NCBI RefSeq assembly: GCF_964204645.1
Contig: NC_134025.1
Coordinates: 14,632,001-14,696,000, forward strand
From: Tubulanus polymorphus
Lineage: Eukaryota; Animalia; Nemertea
DNA: 64,000 nucleotides
Direction of reading: 5' to 3'
The number at the start of each line of letters is the position of its first letter. The stretch's first letter is position 1. Below, in pieces: positions 50,188-63,307 of the stretch. A program made the position numbers and the translations under genes. Under the pieces are notes generated by a model that worked only from the letters and a program-made list of their open reading frames with translations, searched no databases and was not told where the DNA came from.

Positions 50188-53100
50188 TGTGCTGTAACAT
50201 GGTTACATCGTAATGCATGCATTTAGATTTAGTGCTTGTCTGTAGTGAGATCTACACTTTTTTATACAGTCAGTTTAGTGAGTCTGTAACCGCGGTTTAG
50301 CTCCAGAGTCTATATACGTATTTTTTAGTTCCCCGGAGTTTGTTTACTTCCGTATACGTGTCTATTTTTATTGTCTGCTAATACTTGCTGTAACTAGGAA
50401 AATCTTCCATACATCCGCGTATCTGTATCTCTTCGCGTATCTACCTTTGGTACTTGCCCACGTACAGTGTAAGCATTTATCCTTTATTCATTGTCCTGAG
50501 ATTTTGTTTATTTAGTCGTTTCAGTTAATAATTAAAATTATCTCTGTTATTTCAGTTTTTTACCGTCTCGAATCGACGGCGTATCAATAAATACAGACTT
50601 CTCCGGAATTGCCTGTTTGTTTGCGTTTTCGTCGGTTTCCGGTTCGCTATCTGCCGCACGGGCAGAATAGTAAAAAAACTGTACCAGCAAGAAACGCCGC
50701 CACGGGCACCGTTGTACGACGCTGTCAACACAACATCGCCATGGACTCGGTCGAAGAATCAGTCTCCCACGACGACGTGTCCACACGGACCCGAAAGTTG
50801 ACGAAAAAGGGAGAGGAAGCCTACAGCCAGAGAAAAGAAAAATATTCCGAAGATATAGAGCGACTCTGGACCGTATGCAACGCCATGTTGCTAGAAACAG
50901 ACAACCCTCCCACAGAGGTAAGGAAATGTCTAGAACTCGAACACAATGTAGTTCAATCATACTCCCGGTACCACCAATTGAACGATGAATACCTCAAATT
51001 CCTCGAAGCTCAAAGGACAGACCTGGCTACTCAAGATATAGAGGTCATCGCTCCAGTAGCCGACATCCGCCAAAGGATGTATGAAACGGCCATAGCCGCA
51101 CTGCGCGAGACATGGCGAAACAGTCCTGCAAGATCATCGCTCACAAAATCTTCAAGAAGTGAGGCCAGCTCTAGGACTTCAAGCGCATCCAGCCTAGCGA
51201 GAAGGACACGAGCAAGAGCTGAAGCGGCAAAGGCTGCCGCGGCCTTTGCAGAAAAACAGGCCCTAATTTCTAAACGAGAAGCAGAGCTCCAAGAAACGGT
51301 AGAGCGGGAAGCCTCCCGCAAAAAAGCAGAAATCGAACAAGATTCAGCCATCGCGACCCGAAAGAAAGCCGAACTCAAAGCCGAGATGACACTCCTGGAG
51401 ACCCAGAAACAAGTCGCAGCTTTGGAGGCTGAAGCCCGAATTCTAGAGGCAGAGAATGACCTCGAGCTTGATCTGGACCACCTACTTCCGGCTCAGGACG
51501 AAAACCCTTTCGAACGGGTAAAAGACTTTGTTGACCGACATAGCTCAGGAAGCGAAACGCGTCATACAGAAGCCGAGGCCATGAGCCATCAACCAAGGGC
51601 CAGTGGTGCCACCAACGATCCTGTATACACAGAGTCTGGAAAGCTCGCCAATGGCCAAGAGCCACAGTCGAATACAGCAAAAACCGTAACTTTCGATCGT
51701 CAAAGAAAACAGTCTTCTCACTCTCCTATAGAAGACTTCGGACTGCCGTCAACTTCGTCGCCATTTAACAAAGGCGGACTCAACCCTGTCGACGCCAATG
51801 GAACCCTCGGTTACTCCGAATTAGACGTTTGTGCACCGATCTTCGTGCCTGGCCAGGCTCAACGTCCCTACCAGCCAAGTTCCTCGAGATTTGCGTCTCC
51901 CTCAACAACCGCCCAGGATCATGATACGGCATCGGCCATCACAAAATTCTTACTGAGGAAGGATTTGGTATTCTCGCGCCTCAGCACGTTCAACGATAGA
52001 GCCGAATCGTACCATGTGTGGAAGTCAAGCTTCGAGAGTGTGGTTGAAGAGCTCGCAGTCTCCGACTCCGAGCAACTCGATCTGTTGGTTAAGTGGCTCG
52101 GTACCGACTCGGCCAGACACGCGGTCAGTATCCGTGCATCCAATGCAGAGAACCCCACCAAGGGCCTACAACGTCTCTGGCAGAGACTCGACGAGAGATA
52201 TGGATGCCCTGAGATGATAGAAGCGTCGCTAAAAGCAAAACTGGCAGATTTCCCTAGACTTACAAATAAAGACAACAAACGTCTATATGAACTCTCAGAT
52301 ATTCTGTACGAAATCGAATACATCAAGGAGAAACCCCAGCTCAGGAATCATTTAGCCTACTTTGATTCGTCATCAGGAATCAAACCCATAGTGGCTAAGC
52401 TACCCTATGGTCTGCAGGAAAGATGGACGACTAGAGCGGTCAGATATAATTCACAAAATTCAACCTCCTTTCCACCCTTCACCGAGTTTTCTGCATTTAT
52501 TAGAGAAATGAGTCGCATAAAGAACAACCCAGGATTCACCTACGACACGGAGCCAGTCCCGACACAAAATCGGAGTACCGCATGGCCGATGTCCCAGCCT
52601 AGAACCAGAGTCGGCGTCCACAAAATTGAAGCATCACAGCCGACTCAGCGATCAGGCGACAAACTGGATCGGTGCATACTTCACAACACCAAGCACTCAT
52701 TGGACGAGTGTCGTGGATTCCGGTCAAAATCTCTCGAGGAGCGTAAGAAATTGCTTCAAGATCACAAAGTTTGCTTCAAATGCTGTGAATCTACGAAACA
52801 CGTCAGCCGCGACTGCAAAGCATTCGTCACATGCAGAGAGTGTGGAAGCAACCAACACTCCACGGCCCTCCACGTAAACAGGAGTAGCGTCAGTACAATA
52901 CCTCAACTCACAACTAGGCCCGTACAACATCAAGGCGGGGAGCCAGAAGACAGTTACAAGTCCCCAACCGTAAATGCTGTCAACGCTTCCTGCACGGAAG
53001 TCTGCAATGATTATGAGGGCAAATCCTGCGCCAAGATTCTCCCCGTTAACGTGTTCCATGAAGAACACCCGGGAAACGTACGTAGGATGTACGCCATAAT

Positions 53101-56100
53101 CGACGACCAGAGCAACAGGTCGTTGGCTGCCCCCGAATTCTTCGAACTCTTCGGCGTGCGGGACAAGCCCGAAACATACACGTTGTCCACCTGCTCAGGA
53201 AAAGTAATTACCTCAGGCAGACGAGGAAAGGGTTTCATTATTGAGTCAGTTCACGGCAGCGAGACTTTGGACCTACCAGTCCTCATCGAGTGTGAAAACA
53301 TACCGAACAACAGGAACGAGATTCCAACACCAGACATTGCTGCAAGGCACCCTCATCTGGCGGAGATAGCAAAACAGCTCTCGCCATTGGATGATTGTTG
53401 CAATGTTCTTCTTCTAATTGGCAGAGACTTACCGGAAGCACACCATGTGCGCGATCAACGACTAGGACCATCGAGGGCGCTATATGCCCAACAACTCAAA
53501 CTGGGTTGGGTCGTGGTCGGTGAAACTTGCCTAGACAAGCAACACGCACCGAACGAGATCAGTGTGAACCGAACGTATGTGACCGCCTCGGGACGTCCCA
53601 CGGTCTTTGAGCCATGCGAGAATAGCTTCAATGTACGAGAACTCCCGCTTCGGGAAGATGACAGTACCTACGTCGGACAGGACATTTTCGTGAGGACCCC
53701 GGACGACAATAAGCCAGGAATGTCATACGACGACAAACGATTCATGCGCCAAATGGAAACCGAGTTCGTAAGAGATGCTACCGGAAGTTGGGTTGCGCCC
53801 CTACCATTCCGAACTCCGAGGCCCCTACTGCCGAATAACAGGGAACAGGCCGTTCGAAGAGCAAAAATGTTAGACACAAGCCTGAAGAAGAACTCCACAA
53901 AAAAGGGACACTTCGTCGAGTTCATGGGGAAAATCCTCGATAACAACCACGCAGAAGTTGCTCCACCTTTGCTCGAGGGTGAAGAATGCTGGTACCTGCC
54001 ACTCTTCGGGGTATATCACCCGAAAAAACCCGATCAGATACGAGGAGTTTTCGACTCATCCGCTAAATTCCGTGGTATCTCCTTGAACAATGTTCTGCTG
54101 ACAGGTCCCGACCTGTCCAACAGCCTACTGGGGGTACTCATGCGCTTTCGAAAGGAAACAGTCGCAGTAACAGCAGATGTCCAACACATGTTTCATTGCT
54201 TTATCGTTCGCGAGGACCATCGGAATTATCTACGTTTTTGGTGGTACAGGGATAACAATCCAGACAAGGAACTTATCGAATACCGTATGCGCGTTCACGT
54301 CTTTGGCAATAGCCCTTCGCCAGCCGTAGCCACACTCGGCCTAAGGAAAGCGGCTCAAGAATCCGAAGCGAAATACGGTAGTCACGTCACGGAGTTTGTC
54401 GCGAACGATTTCTACGTCGATGACGGACTCACTTCACGGCCTACAGTGATCGACGCTGTCACCATCATGAAAGACACCCAAAACGCACTCAGAGAATTCG
54501 GTAATCTGCGACTTCACAAGTTCGCGTCTAATAGTGCCGAAGTGATGTCCGCATTTCCACCCGGCGACTTGGCAAGCAATCTCAAAGACCTGGATCTCGA
54601 CGCCGACAACAAACCGCTCCAGAGAAGCCTCGGACTCATCTGGGACGTAAACACCGACAACTTTCTCTTCCAATTGACATCTGAAAAGAAACCTGTCACC
54701 CGAAGAGGTATGCTATCAACGATAAACAGCATCTACGATCCACTTGGCTTTTTGGCTCCTGTGCTGATTCATGGGAAACTCCTTCTCAGGAACTTAGTGT
54801 CAGAGACGGTCGATTGGGATCAACCCTTTTCGGATGAGATAGCTGCCGAGTGGGACAATTGGAGGGATTCTCTGAGAGCTATCGAGAATCTGCGCATTCC
54901 ACGCACCTATGTGACCAAACTAAGCGGAGCTGTTCGAAGGGAGCTGCATGTTTTCTCGGATGCCTCGGAAAAGGCCATAGCGGCAGTTGTGTACCTGCGA
55001 ACCGTGGACAAGGCAGCAAACCACAAACTTGGATTTGCTGGGCAAAGCGAAAGTTGCACCCATCAGCGGCCACACCATCCCTAGATTAGAATTGTGCGCA
55101 GCCGTGCTTGCCGTGGAACTTACGCAATGTACTATGGATCAACTGCACATGCCTATCGACGAAGTTAAATTTTATAGCGATAGTCGAGTTGTTCTCGGCT
55201 ACATCAACAACGACATCCGCAGATTTCACATTTACGTGGCAAATAGAGTTGAGAAGATCAGGAAGTTCAGTAGTCCGGACCAATGGAACTACGTGGCAAC
55301 GGATTCTAATCCTGCAGATTCCGCGACTAGATCATTCTCAGCATCCGACATCCATGACAGCGACTGGTTATTAGGACCGAAGCAACTTCTGGCTGTTCCA
55401 GAATCGACAGATACGACGCATCACGTCCTCGTAGAGCCTGACAAAGATAAAGAAATTCGTTCCGCGGTCAGCGTCGTAAAAACAGTTACGATTGTCAACG
55501 CGCGCACCTGGAACGACAGATTCCGCAATTTTTCGTCATGGATGGGACTTATACTGGCTATTGCTACCCTGAAGCATGTCGCCCGCATAACTCACAAGGC
55601 CGAGATGCAAGACACATCAACACCGATTGACGTTCGTCAAGACACCGAGATGTTCGTGCTCAAGGAAGTGCAAGGTGAAGCCTTCAGTGAGGAGATTAGC
55701 TGTCTCCAAAACCTGGAGCCTGTAAACCCAAGAAGTCCAATTGCTAAACTAAACCCGTTCTTGGACGAGCACGGGCTTCTCAGAGTTGGTGGTCGAATCA
55801 CGAATTCTAATCTTCCACTAAAGGAAAAGAAACCATTAATCATACCGGGTCGGCACCACATCGGTACGCTCCTTATTAGACACTACCACCAACAGGTTAG
55901 GCATCAGGGAAGGCATTTCACCGAAGGGGCTGTACGAGCGGCAGGACTTTGGATCATCGGTGCCAAGCGAATGATTTCTTCGGTGATCCACAAATGCGTC
56001 ACTTGTCGGAAATTGCGAGGGAAACTCGAGTTTCAAGTTATGTCTGATCTGCCCGCTGATCGCCTGGAACCATCTCCCCCATTCACTAACGTAGGGGTCG

Positions 56101-57612
56101 ACGCCTTTGGACCATGGGAAGTGGTAGCTCGAAGAACACGTGGTGGAGTTGCAAACGCTAAACGATGGGGTATACTATTCACTTGCCTGGTAACGAGATC
56201 AGTTCACATCGAGCTGGTCCACGAGATGAGCACGTCAGCCTTCATCAACGCTCTCACCCGCTTCATGTCAATCCGTGGGAAAGTCAAGACGTTTCGCTCC
56301 GATCGAGGAACCAACTTCATTGGCGCCGTCGGCAAGATACAGGCCGAAGCGATTAACGTAGAAGATCGGCAGTTGCGGAACCATCTACTCGTCTCCGGAG
56401 CTGTATGGATTTTTAATCCTCCCCATTCATCCCACATGGGTGGCGCATGGGAGCGCATGATTGGAGTTACAAGAAGAATCCTTGATTCAATCCTCCTTGG
56501 GAATCCAGGGAAAACCCTGACACACGACGTGTTAAGCACCTTCATGGCGGAAGTATGTGCTATAATCAATTCAAGACCTCTCGTGCCCGTTTCGTCGGAT
56601 TCCGAATGTCCACTTATCTTGACTCCTTCTATGCTACTCACTCAGAAGACGGACTACGAGATTCTCCCCGACTCGGTCGGAGGATATACAAAGGAAGACC
56701 TCTGTTTGGCAGAGTGGAGGCGAGTCAAGGCTCTCTCTACAATGTTCTGGACACGATGGAGGAAGGAGTACCTGCCTTTGCTCCAAGAGCGCCGGAAATG
56801 GTTGAAGCCGCAGAGAGATGTCGCCATTGGAGACGTCGTTCTGCTGAAGGATAAGCATCTAGAGCGGATGAGGTGGCCCATTGGTCTTATCATTAGGACC
56901 TTCGAGAGTGCAGATGGGCATGTCCGTAAAGCCGAGGTGCGAGTCGTGGTTGATGGGAAACCCACTGTGTACACGCGTCCGATCGTGGATATGATTTTGC
57001 TAGTAGAAAATAACAGATTTTAGCTGAATTTCCGGACTTTTCGCTTCACTTTCTGACATTGTCAGGTGTTATAATTGAGTAATGTTATGTGTAATCTTAA
57101 AGAAACATCCACCGGACATTTGACGGGGAGTGTGCTGTAACATGGTTACATCGTTATGCATGCATTTAGATTTAGTGCTTGTCTGTAGTGAGATCTACAC
57201 TTTTTTATACAGTCAGTTTAGTGAGTCTGTAACCGCGGTTTAGCTCCAGAGTCTATATACGTATTTTTTAGTTCCCCGGAGTTTGTTTACTTCTGTATAC
57301 GTGTCTATTTTTATTGTCTGCTAATACTTGCTGTAACTAGGAAAATCTTCCATACATCCGCGTATCTGTATCTCTTCGCGTATCTACCTTTGGTACTTGC
57401 CCACGTACAGTGTAAGCATTTATCCTTTATTCATTGTCCTGAGATTTTGTTTATTTAGTCGTTTCAGTTAATAATTAAAATTATCTCTGTTATTTCAGTT
57501 TTTTACCGTCTCGAATCGACGGCGTATCAATAAATACAGACTTCTCCGGAATTGCCTGTTTGTTTGCGTTTTCGTCGGTTTCCGGTTCGCTATCTGCCGC
57601 ACGGGCAGAATA
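50188..57612 (+). mobile_element. Full-length BEL/Pao LTR retrotransposon, second family
   Basis: 482-bp LTRs at 50188-50669 and 57131-57612 (TG..TA, two mismatches seen); TSD GATAA; purine tract GACGGGGAG before the 3' LTR. Confidence 0.95.
50741..57023 (+). pseudogene. BEL/Pao Gag-Pol with one frameshift near 55037 (RNase H)
   Basis: Cys/His knuckles, protease IIDDQS, RT ADVQHMF/FYVDD, FSDASE, then LGKAKVAP..PRLEL in another frame, integrase GVDAFG/SDRG/GGAWERM. Confidence 0.92.
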
Positions 57613-59569
57613 GATAATGTTAACTAGAGGGTTAGGGTTTAGAGATTGGGCTTAGTGGGTTAGAGTTCAGGGGTTAGGGTTAAGAATGATAGGGTTTAGG
57701 GGTTAGGGTTTAGAAGGTTAGGGTTTAGTGGGCCAGAGTTTAGAGGGTTAGGGTTTAGAGGGATAGGGTTTAGAGGGTTTGAGTTCAGGGGTTAGGGTTT
57801 AGAGGGATAGGGTTTAGAAGGTTAGGATTTAGGGGTTAGGGTTTAGAAGAATATGTTTTTTTAGAGGTTTAGAGGGTTAGGGTTTAGAGGGATAGGGTTT
57901 AGGGGGTTAGGGTTTAGAGGGTTAGGGTTTAGGGGATAGGGTTTAGAGAGTTAGGGTTTAGTGTAGAGGGTAAGGGTTTAGAGGGTTAAGTGTTTGGATG
58001 GCAAGGGTTTAGGGTTTAGGCGATTAGGGTTTAGAGGGTTAGGATTTAGATTGTTAGGGTTCTAAATAGTTAGGGTTTAGAGGTTCATAATGAGAAAAAT
58101 CATAGAATAGTAGAATAGTTAGGTATTTTAAAATCCTACTTTTTTTTACTATCCTTTAGAATAGTAGAACAGTACAATAGTAACTACTCTATTACGATTG
58201 TAATCGATCGTAAAAATCATTAGAATAGCGATGGTCATAATGAGAAAAATCATAGAATAGTAGAATCGTTTGGTATTTTCAAATTCTACTTTTTACTATC
58301 CTTTAGAATAGTAGAATAGTAGAAAAATGTTTTGGATAGTGATAGAATAGTGACTCTTTACGATCATATATAATTTACATAGAAATGCATTGTAGAATAG
58401 TGTGAATAGTTATCTGCGTACTATTCTACCATTATTAGATCCCGCACCAATCTCAGGAAAAGGAACAGGCCCGCCTCGCCAGGCAGGCTGGGTCAATGAA
58501 CCTAACCGCCAATTACAAATATACTACAAATATTTCACCACTTGTGCTGAAATGTAATTTAGAATTCAATGTTTTCTTACTTAATATTATGCTTGTTTTC
58601 AGGGCTTATATTCTCAAAGATCCGTATGAGCTGAAACCTTTCGTTAGTAATTCCTTTGGAGGTTTATGTAGATGCTCCATCCAACCCAAACTGCATCACT
58701 GAATACCGCTTAAAAGCAGATGAATAAAAGCTGCAGCAAAACTTCCTGGAGAAGGTGGAAAATGGTTATCCAACTTATTCAAACCTTTATTGAAAACATT
58801 CAAAAATATTGCAATATAAAATGTTTCAATGGAAATAAACATGACCTTACATAAATGCCTTACACAACTAATTCTATGGTCACACCAAAACAAATATAGA
58901 ACCATGCTCCCTATTTTCTGGATTTGAAGAGAAGGTGGCTGAAGGAAACATATGTGATTAAATCAAAATCGATCTGCTTCTCGATATTTTTGAAATCGCA
59001 CAACAGTCTGTTGAGACTTGAATTGTATTAACTCAACTTTTTTTAAATGTGCAGTACCATAAGCTTGCGTCAGATAGGAAATGCCTTAACTCTGATGGAG
59101 TATTGATTTTAATTTGTTTGCTATAGCATAGACGAATAAAAACCACTGTCTAGTGTAGATAGGGATTGTACAAATCATTCAACATCCACCTGACAAAATC
59201 TGAAACAATAACAAGAGCCCCAAGGGGCACTATGGCCAGCCTGTCAGCTTTTCATAAATGGTTAATGATGCATTCTATGGGTTAAATTTGTCCAAATACA
59301 CTCCCAGCTCATAGACTAGTCAATTCCAGGCTAATAATTTACACAATTCAATTGTGTTTTCATACTAAGTAGGACAGACAGCGTCTGGGGCTAGCAGGAA
59401 CAAATACCTCAGATAAATCTTTTCCCTTGGTCTTATTGATTTGAATGCGGAATATAAGTGAATTTTCTAAAATTTGTCCAATAAAACAAAATTGAATCGG
59501 ATTTGCTGTTTTACCTTGTTCTATAAAGTAAAATTTGAATAAAATTTTAAATTCACTCCGTTTACATAG

Positions 59570-62301
59570 TTATAGGCTCTGGTTTTCGACCTTGGACCTG
59601 ACTAGTGGATATTGGCAGGTTCCCATCAAAGAGGAGGATAAACACAAGACTGCGTTTGTGTTCGAGAATAAGATGTATGAGTGGAATGTGATGCCTTTTG
59701 TCGTTACCAATGCGCCGGCGTGTTTTACTCGCCTGATGTCGATGGCCCTCGACAAAGTTTCCTGGAAGACTGCCCTGATATACCTGGACGATATTATTGA
59801 CCATTCGGCAGACCTTACATCTCACCTTGACAAATTGGCTGAGGTTTTCTCATGTTTCCGGGCTGCGGGAATGAAACTGAAACCGAGGAAGTGTAACCTT
59901 ATGCAGCGGCGGTTTGTCTTCCTGGGACATGTGGTAAGCGCAGCTGGGTTTAGAGACAGACCCCACCAAAATTGACAAGGTCCTAAACTGCATCGCAGGA
60001 TGTCACAGAGGTCCGGAGTTTTCTGGGGCTGGTCGCGTACTATGCTAAGTTCATAGAAAACTATGCGAGTATGTGTCAACCCCTACACATGCTAACCCGG
60101 AAGGATCCACCCTTTACGTGGGGGGGGGGGAGGAACAGCGCCTGGCTTTCGACAAAATCAAGCAGCACTCACCCAGCCACCTGCTCTTGTTTTCCCTGAC
60201 TTCGGGCCCGATGCGGGAAGATTTATTTTGGACACCGATGCGAGTGATTGGGCTATTGGTGCGGTCCTTTCGCAGACACAGGATTATTGGTCTGAATGGG
60301 TCGTGGCCTATGCCAGTCGGACACTGAGGGGTGGAGAGGAAAACTACTGTGCGACCCGTCGGGAGATGCTGGCTTTGGGCGACATGATCATTTATTTCCG
60401 ACACTACCTTCTGGGCAAACCATTTCTGGTACGCACGGATCATGCTGCCCTGAAATGGCTATGTAGTTCACGAATACAGGAAGGCCAGGTCGCACGGTGG
60501 AACGAGAAACAGGCTGAGTACGAATTTGAGATCCAGCACAGACCTGGTGTGAAACATCAGAACGCAGACACCCTCTCCCGCATGCCTAGTAGGGTTAAGA
60601 ATCACGGCAGTTGCCCGAGCTGTGGAGAAACCGGTTTTCCAGCGGGTAAACTTGCAGCTTTAGTTGCTTAAGTGTAAGACGGTCTCGGTAAGATGGATAT
60701 CCAGCAGGCCCAGGACACCAACTCGGACATCCGCATTGTAAAAGACATGGTGAGGCAAAATCTCGACCAACCAGTGCCCAATGAAAGTCGACAGTACAGC
60801 TCCCTATCGCAAAATCTCCTTGGTGAGTATGAATGGCTGGAAATTGTCGAGGGGCTACTGGTCATCAAGCCACCGCCTGGATCAAGGGTACCAACAAACG
60901 CATTATCTTGCCTAAATGTTTACTCCCGAAGGCGTTGTTTGTCACACCTCCATAATGGTTGAGCAGGCGGCCACCGAGGGACAACGAAGACAGGACATAA
61001 AATGCGTGAGCGCTTCTGGTGCCCTGGCATGGTAACCGCAGTCAAAGACTATGTCGGAAGTGCATGCATTGTCAGCAATGTAAGTCACGCCAAAGAAGCC
61101 AAAAGCACCTCTTGTGTCGACCCCGACTGGTCGAAGAGGCCAGAAAGTACATATTGACATCATCGGCCCCTTAAGAAATCCAAAAAGGGGAACATGTACA
61201 TCTTGGTGGCACAAGACGCATTTACTAAATTGGTGGAGGCATGGCCATTAAGGAACAAAAGGGCAGTGACTGTTGGGAGACGTATAGTGGATGAGTGGGT
61301 TACGTGGTACGGGTGCCCGGAAAGTATCCACTCTGACAAAGGAGCCAATTTTGAATCTAGGGTATTTTCCGAAATGTGTCACTACCTTGGTATTGATAAG
61401 ACGCATACCACCGCGTACCACCCCATGCGGAATGGTCAGGTGGAAAACGCCAACAAATCTTTGAAATCCATGCTCACCATATCAGTCAACGAGAACGGTA
61501 CCAATTGGGACTCTGAGCTTCCAGCTTGTCTGATGGCATTCCGCTCAAGCGTCCAGGAAAGTACCAAGGAAACCCCTTTTTTCCTCACTTTTGGGAAGGA
61601 AATGATGCTGCCCCTGGACATCATGGTCGGGATGCCAGAGGAACCAAAGAGGTTCACGGTTTTCGCAAGAAATGGTTCATAGTTTGGAGAGTGCTCATGG
61701 GAGGGGCCGGGACCAAATTAAGTTAGCGCAGAGGCGGCAGAAACAAGGCTATGACCGTTTCGTGAAACGCGGTGGGTTCCAAGTAGGGGACCAGGTGTGG
61801 CTTTACAGCCATTTCCTGAATCCTGCCGAAGCACCAAAGTTCCACCGGAAGTGGAAGGGTCCGTTCCTGGTGACCGAAAGGATATCAGAGGTCACATACT
61901 GGGTAGTGCCCGTGGTCGGACATAGGAAGCCCAAGGTGGTCCACTTCAACGATATGAAGCCCTGCTTCGGGTACACTCCAGAGAGGGACGCGGTCAAACG
62001 ACCAGCCCAGACACGTAGGAAAATGATGGAGCCAGTACAACCCACAGAGGTTGAGGAAAATGACTCGGACTCTTGGAGCAGCCTTGATGACGATGTCACC
62101 TGGGTGCGGGCACCGAATCCTCAAGTGGACAGGAGGGCACATCTTAGGGACAACCAGGAAGTTGTCCGAGACCAGGAGGGAGTAACAATCCCTCCACCAG
62201 GAGAACCTCCGCTTGAGGCACCAAATGCAGATAAACCCCGCTGTAGGTTGCGACCTAGAGTGAACATCCGGCCTCCACAAAGGTATGGTGACTTCACCTG
62301 A
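59570..62301 (+). pseudogene. Gypsy pol (RT, RNase H, integrase) with several frameshifts and stops
   Basis: LDLTSGYWQV, YLDD, DTDASDWAIGAVL, TDHAAL, NADTLSR, HIDIIGP, HSDKGANFES, NGQVE, KWKGPF. Confidence 0.92.
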
Positions 62302-62821
62302 GTATGCCGCGTAGAACCCACTTGTGGCTGTCACGAGAGGTTCCTACGAATACGACGGATGAAAAGTGTATGGTTGGAAAGGGGGAGGAATTTGAGGGAG
62401 GCAAGAGCAACACCATAGTATGGTTAACACTCTGAACCCCACAGATTCATGGTTTTCGTTTCCCTTTTTTTCATCTTTCAGACCACTAACACCGTACCAT
62501 AGGGATAGGATGGACGTCATACAGCTTGACAGAATGAATGTAGAGACTCTCGAGCTGAAACAACACCTGGTCAAGGACACTTGGAGTTTCATTCAGTCTC
62601 TGCATTAAGCATTTATACTACCCCAGTCGTGTAGTGCTAGGGGCCATCATCTGCGGTGTAAAAGCGTACATTGCGTCAAGACATGGCTGTACCCTGTCGA
62701 GACCCAGGTTCCGGCCTTTGTCAAGAGAACTAAAGTCAATGGTAACCGAATGTGGTGGGTCAGCTCAGGATCTCGACCCGAAGCTGACACGCTTCGAACG
62801 GGTAGTTGACTGTACCATCGA

Positions 62822-63307
62822 CCCATCCTGCTACTAAGTGATTCCATGTTCAAGGGCTGGAAGTCACCAGATGTATTCCTGATTGCCCATTCGGATGAGG
62901 GTATTGGCGGTCTGATCCGGACCGTACAGCAGAGTCATGTTGCCTGTTCGGCGGTTGTGGTTATCCACGGTGTTAACGACATCCAGGATTATGAGGAGAC
63001 CACCGAGCACCTATACCAGTCATATGCCATGCTGGCCAAACGATATTCTGGTATTCCTCTTTTTCACTTGGAAATCCCGAGGTTGTCTCCTGGTATACGG
63101 AAAATCGGGGAACACATTCGTCGGTCGGACTGCATAAATGTCCACTCGGTAAGAGCAGGTTTCATCCAGATCAACCACCCTGATCTGGATGAAAACAACT
63201 TTGTGGGTATACACTACCGCAAGAAGGCGATGGAGATCGTAGGCGACCATGTAGTCAGGACAGTGAAGGCCCATTTAGATGGGACGTGGTACCCCCACCA
63301 CACCTAA
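62822..63307 (+). pseudogene. SGNH/GDSL hydrolase-like domain in an extra ORF downstream of Gypsy pol
   Basis: In-frame PILLLSDSMFKG (block I, just upstream of the track start), EGIGG, VVIHGVNDI (block III), FVGIHY (block V, Asp missing); the upstream frame has stops. Confidence 0.6.

Larger units (their letters stand above)
49914..58448. mobile_element. Non-autonomous TIR element with internal TTAGGG-like repeats, split by a BEL/Pao insertion
   Basis: GGTGCGGGGTCTTATAATAGT at 49914 and its imperfect inverse (ACCATTATTAGATCCCGCACC) ending at 58448; CTATTCTA/TAGAATAG subterminal repeats; TTAGGG variants at ~50020-50182 and ~57625-58085. Confidence 0.65.

Noticed and set aside
55030-55045. Programmed ribosomal frameshift in the second BEL element
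   Set aside because: Falls inside RNase H with no slippery heptamer; more likely a small deletion or sequencing error.
57625-58085. True telomere or chromosome fusion site
   Set aside because: Repeats are degenerate, single-orientation and enclosed by TIRs.
58496-58905. Additional host exons
   Set aside because: No frame with convincing splice sites stays open.
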